The translations under genes and the position numbers were made by a program. Positions 54,056 to 64,000 of a DNA stretch of 64,000 nt are shown here, in pieces. The stretch comes from an uncultured delta proteobacterium. Its GTDB lineage: Bacteria; Desulfobacterota; WTBG01. The stretch lies in the NCBI GenBank assembly GCA_963793865.1, contig CAWCBP010000012.1:1-64000 (forward strand), read 5' to 3'. Numbering within the stretch: position 1 is the first letter of the stretch; each line of letters opens with the position of its first letter. Under the pieces are notes generated by a model. That model saw only the letters and a program-made list of their open reading frames with translations. It searched no databases and was not told where the DNA came from.

Positions 54056-54328
54056 ATGCAATCTCTTTGGAATCTGCACGCCGTTCAATGCATGCAATCA
54101 TAAATCATAAGTTAAGTGTCTTGTTATCTGCTGGCTTCTGACTCCTGACTTCTGAATGCTATGGGACTTTTATTATCCTTAAAAAGGGAATATAGTCAAG
54201 GAGGATTATGGATTGTTTCGCTCAATACTGTCAGTGTAAATTTGGAGGAAAATTCTTACAATGAATGAGTTTAATGGTGGTGTGAAAAGTGTGGATGCAA
54301 GCGCCGGGGAATGAGCATGGAGGGTCTG

Positions 54329-54648
54329 CTAGTGTAGTGCGTCATTGATTTCCTTACATAACTTTATTGAGTGACCGTGGATTGGTATGTGGCTCATAGG
54401 CAGGGGGCTTTTTAGCCACAACAAAATTATTCGGAACCTGTAGAACGGCAGCATCTCTCTAACTTTGTCCGACAGACCCGCATGGTAACAGCCGTATCGA
54501 AGTCTCCGCAAAGCTGCCTGTCTGCGGTTTAAGTTGTAAGGCACCGGGTCGTGCCGTAAGCCTAAAGACAAATTGTTGTGGCGTCAAAAGCCCCCTACCC
54601 ATGAGCCACTGAATCATACGTAAACAAGTGTTGGACGCACTACACGAG
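54329..54648. mobile_element. 320-bp MITE-like element with long imperfect inverted arms
   Basis: CTAGTGTAGTGCGTC...GACGCACTACACGAG outer IR; inner IR 54389..54424 versus 54573..54609. Confidence 0.7.
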
Positions 54649-54698
54649 CGTGGCCGATGCTTCGCGAATGGCATTATTGATGAGCGTGCTGCTTGAGT

Positions 54699-55289
54699 TT
54701 ATGTGCCTGCTCTCTTTTTCATAACCCTGTCCCGGATCGCCTTCCCGAGGTCCCTTGCCTGCTCACTATATTCGGGAAACTCCTTTATGGTCCGGGCACC
54801 AACCGAGGCTATCACCGATCCGGCCTGATCCAGCCCCGTCCACTCGGCAAAGCAGCCGAATGTTTCCAGGGCCTTCTCGCCGCCGTATGCTGCCTGCGAC
54901 ATCACAAAGCCGCACGCCTTGTCAATGAAAGGCCGCCAGCCGTGCCATTCCGTGCCCGTATCCTCCCCGATGCCGAGGTAACACCAGGCAATGCTCCTGT
55001 CTATCATGTTTTTCATCAGGCCTGATACATCGTAGTAATAGTTGGGGGAACCGAGCACAACCGCTTTTGATGAAAGAACTTTATCGAGCAGCACGCGCAT
55101 ATCATCATCCTTAGGGCACGCACCTTTGTTTTTCCTGCAGCTCAAACAGCCGGTGCAGAAACCGATGCTGAGGTCGGAAAGAAAGATCAGTTCACTCTGC
55201 ATCCCGGTGGACTGCAGCACCTCTTTCAGCAGCAAAGCTGTATTGCCCTTTTTCCTGGCGCTTCCGCATATGCCGATGATCTCAGGCAT
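54699..55289 (-). CDS. Flavodoxin-fold iron-sulfur flavoprotein / NADPH-dependent FMN reductase
   Basis: GSARKKGNT, CTGCLSC..C and GSPNYY. Confidence 0.88.
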   Translation of the reverse strand: MPEIIGICGSARKKGNTALLLKEVLQSTGMQSELIFLSDLSIGFCTGCLSCRKNKGACPKDDDMRVLLDKVLSSKAVVLGSPNYYYDVSGLMKNMIDRSIAWCYLGIGEDTGTEWHGWRPFIDKACGFVMSQAAYGGEKALETFGCFAEWTGLDQAGSVIASVGARTIKEFPEYSEQARDLGKAIRDRVMKKRAGT

Positions 55290-55339
55290 TGTTTCTAAAC
55301 TCCTTACCAGGTTGACGGTTATAATTCAGCAATCTGATT

Positions 55340-55930
55340 TTAACGCCCATCATTTCTCCAGTCATGCTTTTTTGAGGAAAAATCAGGACAGTATTCCTTT
55401 AATATGATGTGGTCCGGAGTGATTTTTATTATATTAAGTGACTCGAAGCCCTTCTTGTAGAATTTTTCCAATGCTTCTCCCGTGAGATGTTGACCTTTCG
55501 TGAGGGGGGATAGAAGTTTTCCCATTACATAAGCTATGTTGTATTTTTTCGCTTTAGCACGGTATAGTTTTGGATTGTTGCGGATGTTGATTAATGACGC
55601 CTTCCCGAAAATCTGAAGGCTTGTTTGAAGTTTTGAGTGGTCGAGCGGCTGTTCGTATATGACCGCCGACACCCGGGGGTTCCTCTTTATATTTGCAATC
55701 TTGCCGCCGGGTTCCCCGAAAATGTAGAGCGTAAGGCCCTCGTTAAAAAATTCAAGTACGGTGGCGCGGGGCGTCTCTTTTGCGGATGTGGCAAGCACAA
55801 GGGCATTTTTATGTATCATCCCGCAACTCCCCTTTCCCGGCCTGGGGTCAGCCTGACCTGATGTCCTGTTCAGGAAATCAATGATTTTCCTTCTGACCGC
55901 CGCCTTGGAGCATCCCTTTGAGGTTGCCAT
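55340..55930 (-). CDS. Pyridoxamine 5'-phosphate oxidase-like protein
   Basis: VLATS..PRAT and KIANIKRNPRVS. Confidence 0.75.
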   Translation of the reverse strand: MATSKGCSKAAVRRKIIDFLNRTSGQADPRPGKGSCGMIHKNALVLATSAKETPRATVLEFFNEGLTLYIFGEPGGKIANIKRNPRVSAVIYEQPLDHSKLQTSLQIFGKASLINIRNNPKLYRAKAKKYNIAYVMGKLLSPLTKGQHLTGEALEKFYKKGFESLNIIKITPDHIILKEYCPDFSSKKHDWRNDGR

Positions 55931-56020
55931 GCCTTCGCTCCTTTCAATCAAACAGTTCCGTATTTTATCGTTACCCTTCAGGGCACCGTGAATTATGAGA
56001 AGGGTAATAATAGAAAGAGG

Positions 56021-56091
56021 TCATTCTGCGGCTTGACCGCAGAATCCAGTTGCTCTCATATGTTGGATCCTGCGATCAAGTCGCAGGATGG
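56021..56091. repeat. REP-like doublet GTCATTCTGCGGCTTGACCGCAGAATCCA / TGGATCCTGCGATCAAGTCGCAGGATGGC
   Basis: Two inverted hairpin units. Confidence 0.8.
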
Positions 56092-56231
56092 CGTGCCATG
56101 ATGCATACCTTCCTTTACGATGTCATTTTCTCCCATAACCAAATTCAGGGACGACCGGTCGCCGCCGAAAACCTGCCCTGCAGCTGATAGACTTCTTTCA
56201 GGTTAAACGCTTTATCCTTACATCTTTGTGA

Positions 56232-56939
56232 CTAAAGCTGTGGGCTGTAGCTGTTGATGTAATCCGCGGTCGGCTTTATCTGATCGGCGATTTCCAGCAA
56301 TTTCCCGTAGGGGAACGTGTAGGTAAGCTCATCCCGGCCTAACCCGCCGAAGACCCTCCAGGCAGTATCGCTCACCGAAAAACAGGGATCGCCGGTCACA
56401 AACGAATAGCGGATATTGAAGATGCAGGATCCGCTTCCCCCGAACCCCCGGCTGTAATCGCCAAGGTAGGACCGGCAGCGGTTCAGGATGTCTGTCTGGT
56501 GGGGTGTAACAATGAGAAAGACCAGATCAGGATCATCAATCTTTGCAAGGGGACCTACGATGATTCCACTTCCGGTGTATTCGGGATATTTGAAAAAGTC
56601 ATCCACCTTGTCGTAATACGCTGCAACGGTATCGTCATCCCGGTGCATGCGATACATTTCGTTCTGGCTGATCATAAATTTGCGATAGGCATCCCGGGAG
56701 AGTTGTTTACAGGTTCCCGTTCCGGCAAGTGACATGAAGCAGCCGAGATTCTTTTTGGTCACATACCATGCCTTTCCTTCCTGCAGGATTTCCCCCAGCA
56801 GCGCACACATTCCCGGCATGGCCTGGCCTTCATAGGGCGGAATATCGGGGGGCGGTTCTTTCACCGCCTTGAGGGCAACGATTTCCTTTTTTACTTCGAG
56901 ATCTTCCTTGAGCGTCCGTATGAGTTCTTCCCTGGTCAT
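56232..56939 (-). CDS. DUF169 family protein
   Basis: VALK, conserved Cys, GPL..PDLVFLIVTP.Q and DELTYTFP. Confidence 0.7.
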   Translation of the reverse strand: MTREELIRTLKEDLEVKKEIVALKAVKEPPPDIPPYEGQAMPGMCALLGEILQEGKAWYVTKKNLGCFMSLAGTGTCKQLSRDAYRKFMISQNEMYRMHRDDDTVAAYYDKVDDFFKYPEYTGSGIIVGPLAKIDDPDLVFLIVTPHQTDILNRCRSYLGDYSRGFGGSGSCIFNIRYSFVTGDPCFSVSDTAWRVFGGLGRDELTYTFPYGKLLEIADQIKPTADYINSYSPQL

Positions 56940-56956
56940 TTCATCCGTACCTCGCC

Positions 56957-57854
56957 TTAAATCAGGGCGGTGCTGAAATACCGTTCTATCCGGTCGGGCA
57001 GGATGGTTACGACCTTATTGCGGCCATTGTCCATGTGCAGCGCCACAAAAACATTGGCCCCGGAGGAGGTGCCCGCAAGCAGTCCCTCTTCTCTCGAAAG
57101 TCTGCGGGTTGTTTCAATTGCTTCCTCGTCGGTAACGGTGAATACCATATCCACCAGCTTTAAATCGAGCACATCAGGGATGAAGCCGTCACCGATTCCC
57201 TGAATCTGGTGCAGTCCCGGCTCTCTTCCAAGGAGGGCAGCGCTGTTCTTGGGCTCAACGGCGACGATTTTGACGCCCGGTTTCTTCTCCTTTAAAAATT
57301 TGCCGATTCCCTGGAGGGTGCCGCCGCTTCCCACGCCGGCAACAAAAATATCAACCTCTCCATTCATGTCCTCCCAGATTTCAGGGCCGGTTTGCGAATA
57401 ATGAATATCCGGATTATCCGGATTGGCAAACTGGTCGGCGACAAAATATTTGTCCGGGTCCGCCATAATAATTTCCTGCATCTTTTTTAGGCAACCCGGC
57501 AAACTCTCCGAAGCAGAGGTGTAAACGATCTCTCCCCCGAATGCCTGGATGATTTTTCTTCGCTCCACACTCATATTTTCAGGCATCACACAGATTACCG
57601 GGTAACCCTTTTGCACACCGACCAGGCTCAAGGCCGATTCCGGTATTCCCGGAAGTAGACTCGATGATGGTCATCCCCGGCTTAAGTTTCCCCTTTTTTT
57701 CAGCCTGTTCAATAATGTGTTTCGCCACCCTGTCCTTGATGCTTCCCCCGGGATTGAGGAACTCCGCCTTGCCGAATACATTACCTGAAGACATCTTCTT
57801 GAGCCGCACCAGAGGTGTTTTGCCCATTGCATCTAATACAGAATTTATCATCAT
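56957..57854 (-). CDS. cysK: Cysteine synthase (O-acetylserine sulfhydrylase), split by a single-base insertion near 57633
   Basis: NPGGSIKDR and STSGNTGIG then LSLVG in the shifted frame; GVGSGGT; HQIQGIG. Confidence 0.88.
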
Positions 57855-57909
57855 AAAGGGTCCTTCTTTAAGGTGTCAGTTGTGTATTCACAGTACAATG
57901 CGCAGATTA

Positions 57910-58449
57910 TTATTTCGGTTTTATATCGGCAAATCGATCGTCCGCCATAAGTCTGGGATTGTTCTTTCTCAATGCCTTTCCAAACCATCCCACCCGTTTT
58001 GACAACGGTGCGTCAAAACGGGGAATGTAGGGCTTGATATCAAGGAGAGGGGTTTCGTCTAAAACATCCAGTGAAGCCACCTCAATCTTATTATCACGAA
58101 TCTTTTTTACTTGCACTATGGAAATTCCTATGGAATTGGGCCGCGCGGGAGCGCGTGTGGCAAATACCCCTCTTTCCACCTCATCCAAAAAGGGTCGACA
58201 TACAAGACGGTAGCTTTTCGATTTGTGAAAGTGATAGATAAGCATGATGTGTGAAAAACCTTCGAGATCCCGCAATCCCTCCTTGAACTCCGGAAACAGC
58301 TCTACAATTCCATTTCCTTTTTTGGAGAACACGGTCTGTATGGGCATACCCACTACCGTTTTAAATGGGGAGCGGATAATGCCAATGGGCCTGAGCCGAA
58401 GAGTATTTTTTCGTAAAGCAGTGCTGCGCGTTTTCAAACGGCAATTCAA
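57910..58449 (-). CDS. trmO: tRNA m6t6A37 methyltransferase TrmO/TsaA
   Basis: GVFATRAPARPNSIG and LDETPLLDIKPY. Confidence 0.9.
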   Translation of the reverse strand: MNCRLKTRSTALRKNTLRLRPIGIIRSPFKTVVGMPIQTVFSKKGNGIVELFPEFKEGLRDLEGFSHIMLIYHFHKSKSYRLVCRPFLDEVERGVFATRAPARPNSIGISIVQVKKIRDNKIEVASLDVLDETPLLDIKPYIPRFDAPLSKRVGWFGKALRKNNPRLMADDRFADIKPK

Positions 58450-58476
58450 CCTGTAAGAAAGACGGGTGCATGCTCC

Positions 58477-58938
58477 TCATCTGTTGCCGGAGTTCTTGAG
58501 CACACCTTTTCTGTAACAATCCCGTATCGCACCCCGCAAACCGGCAACACCCATAAGAGAGCAGTTGTTTCTTCTTTCAGGAATGCCCCCCAATGCAAGA
58601 ACAACATCGTCATCGGTAAGCCGAAGCGCCTCTTCTATGGTTTTCCCCTTGGCCAATTCCGTCATCATGCTGATGGTAGCAATAGCGCCGGCACATCCAT
58701 TTGATTTAAACTTTATGTCCTCAATGCGATTATCACATATTTTGATGCCGATTTTCATCTGGTCGCCGCACTCCGGATCACCGAGGACTATCTCACCGTC
58801 CGCGTTTTTTAACTCTCCCACATTACGGGGATTAGTGGAGTGATCGATTATGAGCTCATTGTAAAAGAGCATCGGACCCGCATCTTCAACGCCAGATTCA
58901 TGAGGCTTTTTGTATAAATTTTTCCACTCATCATTCAT
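58477..58938 (-). CDS. IscU/NifU-N Fe-S scaffold protein
   Basis: DHSTNPRNVG, PECGD, GCAGAIA and NNCS. Confidence 0.88.
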   Translation of the reverse strand: MNDEWKNLYKKPHESGVEDAGPMLFYNELIIDHSTNPRNVGELKNADGEIVLGDPECGDQMKIGIKICDNRIEDIKFKSNGCAGAIATISMMTELAKGKTIEEALRLTDDDVVLALGGIPERRNNCSLMGVAGLRGAIRDCYRKGVLKNSGNR

Positions 58939-59230
58939 GATTCTGCTTCTCCTGCGGATAAAACATCCCCTGTTCATCAAAATCAACTACTCGCACGGGA
59001 CCTTTCCCGGTAAAGGTGGTAATAATTTTGCCTATATTCAGGGCATTATCTTTCAAAATCAACCGGCAGTTTTCAAAGTGGCAGGATTTGAGTTCTGTGT
59101 CTCCGGTCCTGAGAATTATCATGCACTCCCTGAACTCACAGTTTTTAAAGACGTGGTTATCCAACTCGACCACCTCTTTCTTGAAAATCTTGTTCTGATA
59201 GGTAACTTTATACATATACAACCAACTCAT
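58931..59230 (-). CDS. Hypothetical protein with short beta-helix-like repeats
   Basis: LDNHVFKNCEFREC..CHFENC; overlaps the scaffold start. Confidence 0.65.
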   Translation of the reverse strand: MSWLYMYKVTYQNKIFKKEVVELDNHVFKNCEFRECMIILRTGDTELKSCHFENCRLILKDNALNIGKIITTFTGKGPVRVVDFDEQGMFYPQEKQNHE

Positions 59231-59448
59231 TCAGCAATCGATAAACTCGATGTCTTAATCAAACCCTGCTGTGCCGGCCAATTCAATAGCATAATTTCTG
59301 ATTAGTTTCCACCTATTCCAAAGGTTTGACACAGAACCCGGGCATTAAAGAAATACGAAGGACTCGCGCAAGTTTTAAAAACAGCAGGTGTTTATACTGT
59401 CAGCCGGCGTAAAAAAACATTTCATTATTAATGAGGAGGTGTTGAGTT

Positions 59449-60003
59449 ATGAAAAAGATTGGATTGGTGCTGGCAGGAACTGCTGTCGTAGTCTTATTGC
59501 TTTCAGCCTCAAATGCCATGGCCTTCAGGTATGGGTGCGGCAGAGGAATGGGAGGCTGGGGAGGATGCGGCTGGTGTGGAATGGGTCCAAATGCCTTTAG
59601 CCCGTACTGGATTCCCAATCTTACGCAGGAACAGTCCGGGAAATTAGCAGATCTCCAAAAGAAGCACATCGAAGAAACATCTCAGCTGCGAACCAATCTC
59701 GGAGTGAAAAGCATCGAGTTGGATCAGCTTTTTGACCAGCCTCAGCCCAACGCCGATGAGATCCTGGCAAAACAGAAAGAATTTAACAGCATCCAGGCAC
59801 AGCTTCAGGAGAAATGTTTGCGCAGGCAAATGGAGATGCGGTCCCTCTTAACTGACGAGCAGCGTTCTGAACTTCTCAACCGGTTTGACCGTGACGATCA
59901 ATTCGGTCCGGGGATGGGCGGCCCGCGCCAGGGGAAGGGATTTGGCAGAGGTAAAGGTTACGGAGATGGCAGAGGGGGATGCGGTGGCCCCTGCTGGTGG
60001 TAA
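59449..60003 (+). CDS. Spy/CpxP/ZraP-family periplasmic chaperone or metal sensor
   Basis: Signal peptide; LTQEQ and LTDEQR motifs; Gly/Cys/Met-rich ends. Confidence 0.88.
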   Translation: MKKIGLVLAGTAVVVLLLSASNAMAFRYGCGRGMGGWGGCGWCGMGPNAFSPYWIPNLTQEQSGKLADLQKKHIEETSQLRTNLGVKSIELDQLFDQPQPNADEILAKQKEFNSIQAQLQEKCLRRQMEMRSLLTDEQRSELLNRFDRDDQFGPGMGGPRQGKGFGRGKGYGDGRGGCGGPCWW

Positions 60004-60040
60004 ATTACAATCATATCTGGTAGGTATGAACTAAAACGAT

Positions 60041-60071
60041 AACCTCTCGGTTTTATGCCGAGAGGTTTTTT
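60041..60071. terminator. Terminator between convergent genes
   Basis: AACCTCTCGG..CCGAGAGGTTTTTT. Confidence 0.8.
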
Positions 60072-60095
60072 GTTTTAAGGATCATTTTTTTATGA

Positions 60096-61697
60096 TCAGA
60101 CCACCTCATAGTTCATCATCATCCCGTTGTCTTCATGCTCAAGGATGTGGCAGTGCAACAGGTAACGCTGGCTTCCCGGGAAATTATGAGAAAAGTCAAT
60201 GGCAATCCTGACCTTCTCTCCCGGCCAGACCAGCACCGTATCCTTGAGACCCATGTCCGTGGGGATCAACCCGTTACCATCCAGTGCAAGTCTTCTTACC
60301 TGGTAGGGGCTGTTTATCCGCTGCAGCACCTGAAACTGAAAACCGTGAATGTGCATGGGGTGAGGCATGTTCATCATACCCATCATACCCATGCCCATGG
60401 AGGTAAGGGGATTGGTTATTTCCCATACTTCTGTTGATCCGCGGGTTACCGTCACGGGTACGTAGTCCATATCAAAGCTCAGCCCGTTGATAAGCCAGCG
60501 CATCATGGAAAAGGACAGGGTGAAACGTCTGGTTTCCGCATCGTTTGTTTCGATGGGTGTTATGGTTGACAACTCAGCGGGTATCTTCTTGTCATATGGT
60601 ATCCTTCGGGTTACATTAAGCTTAAGGATGGAAAACGAACTGCCGTTGGACAGGTTGGCGCATTGTCCCGTTCCTCCTCCCATCATGCCACCGCCCCCCA
60701 TCATCCCGCAGTCATTTGCACCGGAGAATGCCAGGCTCTTGAGCCATACGGTTTCTCCCGCCCTGGACCTGCTCAGGTCAAGCAGGACATCAATTCGTTC
60801 ACCGGGTGAAAGAAAAGCCTCGGTTACCTGCCGGGGGGTGGTAAGCAAACCACCATCAGTACCAATTAGGTAAAAAGGCATACTGGTGCGGCTGTTCGCG
60901 AAGGCAAGCCGGTAAATGCGGGCGTTTGAGGCGTTGAGGATCCGGAAGCGGTAGATGCGTGATGAAACATTGAGATACGGTCTGTAGGTCAGATTGGCGA
61001 GAATGGTATCGCCTAAGAACCCATCCGTTGCTCCCATAGGATTTTGGGAGTAGACAAGGTCACCGTTTGCATCAAAGGTCTTGTCCTGAATCACCAGCGG
61101 TATATCGGTTTCCCCGAAAGTAAGATCGAGGTTCCCGGTCAGACGACGTTCGTCCTCATCCTCAACGATGAGTAAACTTGCAAGTCCATAATATGCCTGG
61201 AATGCAGTTCTTCTATGAGCATGAGTGTGATACCAGTAGGTTGCGGCCCGGTTTTGCACAGAGAAGTCATAGGGATATTCGTCGAGTGGCTGAATTTGAT
61301 ACACCGGGTGGCCATCATTCTTATGGTCAACATGCAACCCGTGCCAGTGGATGGTTGTTGATTCCTGTAAATGGTTCACCAAGAGGGAACTTAAATTATT
61401 ACCCTTTTCTATTTTTAATATGGGATTAATATACTGTCTGCCTCCCGCCTCCGCTTCATATGCCAGTAGTTGCGTACTTCTGTGCGGCAATATTTCATAC
61501 TCAGTCTCAAGGGCGGTCAAGGTGAAGGGGGCTGACGGTTTCATCAGGCCAAACATCCCCCTGTCAGACGGTAATTTAAGGGGATTTCTGAATGAAGCAT
61601 TATTGATGAAAGCACGTGCATTGCTGATGTTGAATAGTAAAAGACCGGATGCTCCGCCGACAGCCTTTAAAAAATTTCTTCTGTTTAAATCTGTCAT
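60096..61697 (-). CDS. Tat-exported multicopper oxidase (CueO-like)
   Basis: NRRNFLK; HWHG, WYHTH, HPMHIHG and HCHILEHEDNGMM; Met-rich loops. Confidence 0.95.
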   Translation of the reverse strand: MTDLNRRNFLKAVGGASGLLLFNISNARAFINNASFRNPLKLPSDRGMFGLMKPSAPFTLTALETEYEILPHRSTQLLAYEAEAGGRQYINPILKIEKGNNLSSLLVNHLQESTTIHWHGLHVDHKNDGHPVYQIQPLDEYPYDFSVQNRAATYWYHTHAHRRTAFQAYYGLASLLIVEDEDERRLTGNLDLTFGETDIPLVIQDKTFDANGDLVYSQNPMGATDGFLGDTILANLTYRPYLNVSSRIYRFRILNASNARIYRLAFANSRTSMPFYLIGTDGGLLTTPRQVTEAFLSPGERIDVLLDLSRSRAGETVWLKSLAFSGANDCGMMGGGGMMGGGTGQCANLSNGSSFSILKLNVTRRIPYDKKIPAELSTITPIETNDAETRRFTLSFSMMRWLINGLSFDMDYVPVTVTRGSTEVWEITNPLTSMGMGMMGMMNMPHPMHIHGFQFQVLQRINSPYQVRRLALDGNGLIPTDMGLKDTVLVWPGEKVRIAIDFSHNFPGSQRYLLHCHILEHEDNGMMMNYEVV

Positions 61698-62067
61698 ATT
61701 TCTTCTCCACAAGAATTAATACTTTACTATTAACATATACTATTAACGATGTCAATCATTACATTGTTTATTATTAATGTAAATAATGTGCCATGATGAA
61801 CAACCGTAGGCAGTCAATAATTCAATTTTGACCTTAAAAATGGCGTTATTGGGAGTTAAATCAGCTGTTTTTAGAGCAAATATTCATATCTTTCAATGTG
61901 GTAGCGTGGTCCGACCCTACTCGGGTGGAAATTTAGAAATTTAAGTCACTCTTGATGAGCACTGCTTTATTGTAAGATTGATCGCTCCGAGATTTTTAAG
62001 ATCATAATATAGTCTTTCTGTACCATATAAGCATCACTGCATCTAGCACCCCGGATAGAGCATAAAA

Positions 62068-62101
62068 ATACCCCTTCAGTACTGGCTACTGAAGGGGTAT
62101 T
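62068..62101. terminator. Strong hairpin AATACCCCTTCAGTA..TACTGAAGGGGTATT
   Basis: 15-bp stem downstream of a minus-strand gene. Confidence 0.7.
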
Positions 62102-62191
62102 GCAAAGGCTGAGAAGAAATTTGTCCAAGTTTCTCCTCAGCACATTTTACGTGAATCTTTTTACACGGAACGAGTGTTAATCAGGCATGCT

Positions 62192-62479
62192 TCAACGGTG
62201 CCCTCTGCCATTATGTCCCCCACCACGGCGACCACCACCCCGGTTAAAATTATCCCTCGTACGATCCCGCATATTATTCCATTGATCACGCCGGTATTCA
62301 CGACGGTCATTCAACCGTTCCTGCCTTTGCTCCTGCCGATCGTGGCGGCGGTCTCTTATGTTGTCAGCCTGTCTGTTCCAGTTCTCCTGAACACCTCTTA
62401 GGGAATTGTTACGTGCTAATGCGGGGGATATGTATAACAAGCTTATAACTGCTATTATGATACTGTTAAGATATCGCAT
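62192..62479 (-). CDS. Small secreted Arg/Asp-rich low-complexity protein
   Basis: Signal peptide ending ALA; AGGAGGA RBS. Confidence 0.7.
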   Translation of the reverse strand: MRYLNSIIIAVISLLYISPALARNNSLRGVQENWNRQADNIRDRRHDRQEQRQERLNDRREYRRDQWNNMRDRTRDNFNRGGGRRGGGHNGRGHR

Positions 62480-62579
62480 GTTAATTCCTCCTGCTCTATC
62501 GGGAACCTCTTCGCCTCAATCAGGAGGCGGAGAGGTTCCCGGGGTTAGTATTGTACGAGTGTTTTAATCCCACCGTGTT

Positions 62580-63067
62580 TTATGGTGTAACTTGATCATA
62601 GGGGAGGGAAAGTTGCTTATAGCTTTCCAGATTTCCCTGATCGTCAAGAATAACCAGGAATACTCCAGAAAAACCACGGTACTCTGTAATAATCTCATTG
62701 TCGCCATCATTATCAATGTCAGCAACGTCCAAGCCAGATGCTCGTACCGCAAACTGGTTGGCTTGTGTTGGAAGAACAGGCAGAGGGTTTGAGCTTATGA
62801 CATTACCCTCGTTATTCATTATTGCCAAGTATGAACCGGCGAAAATTTGCACGATTTCTGGCACACTATCACCATTGAGGTCTGCAACACGAAACTGGTT
62901 CATACCCATGCCGCCTCCCATCATACGCCGCCACCCATCCCGCCTCCGCCACCATAGCCTGGTCCCGGCCTTGGCATCATTTGAGATTCAGCATCCCAAG
63001 TCAAAGATACAATCATTGTTATCAACATCAACACCATTACCATTAATTTTGCTATTTTAGTGTCCAT
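62580..63067 (-). CDS. Secreted Met/Gly-rich protein with FG-GAP/VCBS-like DxNGD repeats; frameshift near 62925
   Basis: MDTKIAKLMVMVLML signal from 63067 (AAGGAG RBS) joins MMGGGMGM..ADLNGDSVPEIV..ADIDNDGDNEII. Confidence 0.7.
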
Positions 63068-63161
63068 ATGCTTCTCCTTTTGATTGATAGGAAATAACTG
63101 GTTAAAATAAGAAATAAACCCCTTACATTACCTATTGACGGATTAAGTTCCAGCCAATCTT

Positions 63162-63566
63162 TTATAGCAGCAATGTTGAGTTAATCAGAAAAAGGGGTAG
63201 TGATGAAAAAGGATATTTGGTTTTCAGTGAGGTAGATGTGCCTTCTAAAGATAAGGAGACCGGTTTTGCTAAAACATAGTGTGGCAACGATAATAACTGC
63301 TTCTGCTCTAACTGGAGAGAACACCCATTTACCCAGAAAAATTCTTTGGCTGGTGTGCTATCGCACTCAATGCAAGGAGTATATTTACCGGATGCATGAT
63401 CCTGAAAAAAACTTTTTTGCAGATGGTTGTTTTCTGTGCAGCCACACTTACACGCGGAGCTTGTGCAACAGGAACAATCTGCACGCACCACAAACGGAAA
63501 AGAGGTTATTAACCAGGAGGTTACTACTAACAGAGCAAAAAGTGTCTTTTTTCTCAAGAGGTTCAT
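63162..63566 (-). CDS. Cys-rich exported hypothetical protein
   Basis: Hydrophobic N-terminus; CSCC..CKCGC; PLFLINSTLLL end. Confidence 0.6.
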   Translation of the reverse strand: MNLLRKKTLFALLVVTSWLITSFPFVVRADCSCCTSSACKCGCTENNHLQKSFFQDHASGKYTPCIECDSTPAKEFFWVNGCSLQLEQKQLLSLPHYVLAKPVSLSLEGTSTSLKTKYPFSSLPLFLINSTLLL

Positions 63567-63758
63567 GCGTCCACCATTACAGAAGAGGCATATCAAACCA
63601 TATTAATAATTTACTAATATATTTTACTGAAATTGTCAAGTACTGCCCCATACCATAATCTATAAACTATATCTTCCTTATGGTGATAACTAAACGTCTG
63701 GCGGTAGCTGAAGTTTTGTTATCGCTGACAAATTAATATCAAGTGATGTGTCCGCGCT

Positions 63759-64000
63759 TTAGTTTACAGATCGTCCCAGAGCCAGAAACAGATCCCTGGT
63801 GATTACTCCAGGGTGTCCCTTTTCCTGAGCAACCTGTTCAGCAAGGGGAATGATTTTGTCAATCAATTCCTCGCCGTTATCTCTATCAATGAGAATGTCA
63901 GCAAGGGCATGCACGGTATGGGTACACCACAACCCTTTTCCTTTGAGATGCTTTTTGAGCCTGTCCACCACAGCGAATTCCTTTACTACCCACTCTTCAC
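63759..64000 (-). CDS. 3' part of a hypothetical protein running off the window edge
   Basis: Frame open to the edge (EEWVVKEFAVVDRLKK...). Confidence 0.55.
   Translation of the reverse strand, partial: EEWVVKEFAVVDRLKKHLKGKGLWCTHTVHALADILIDRDNGEELIDKIIPLAEQVAQEKGHPGVITRDLFLALGRSVN

Noticed and set aside
54329..54674. Short ORFs 54329..54571 and 54459..54674
   Set aside because: They lie within the inverted-repeat element and have no RBS or protein-like features
61779..61793. Sigma-54 promoter for the multicopper oxidase (TGGCAC-N5-TTAC)
   Set aside because: The -12 GC dinucleotide is not conserved; too weak to call
54250..61990. TGTAAGA half-sites near 54255, 58452 and 61971
   Set aside because: No CGTAT at the 14-nt spacing

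Overview
Bacterial chromosomal window, most consistent with a Desulfobacterota/deltaproteobacterial anaerobe (inferred from gene content, not from a search). It has four parts. (1) 1-22 kb is an accessory envelope region: an ECF sigma factor and a zf-HC2/DUF4384-type anti-sigma sit opposite a frameshift-split exported TPR-CHAT protease, a TPR/Ig/CsgG-like lipoprotein, a FadL/OmpP1-type barrel, small secreted proteins, a beta-propeller protein, an exported CbiX-like protein, a 1806-aa NHL/clan-CD protease and a DUF1566 protein. A bipartite motif TGTAAGAW-N14-CGTAT occurs correctly oriented upstream of four genes of this locus, with a fifth variant copy. It defines a candidate ECF regulon and points to a CHAT-protease-linked envelope signalling system, the best novel-system candidate here. 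(2) A tRNA-Ala(GGC) carries a 637-bp integrase-less islet (one GNAT gene) bounded by a 44-bp att duplication. (3) 23-42 kb is housekeeping: rlmB, pyrF, gmk, remA, yicC, heptose kinase, lptG, acyl-CoA dehydratase activase, gpsA, gyrA, gyrB, parB, parA, parS and rsmG, with unusual parB-gyrB coupling. (4) 43-64 kb is mixed metabolism and regulation: B12 radical SAM, broken APC permease, FleQ-like regulator, cobB, purN-like, CIRCE-controlled FmdB protein, ino1, cysK, trmO, iscU-like, Spy/CpxP and a multicopper oxidase. Intergenic DNA holds many REP/MITE-like families. Several genes carry frameshifts that look like sequencing indels. All family assignments come from motif recognition by eye.
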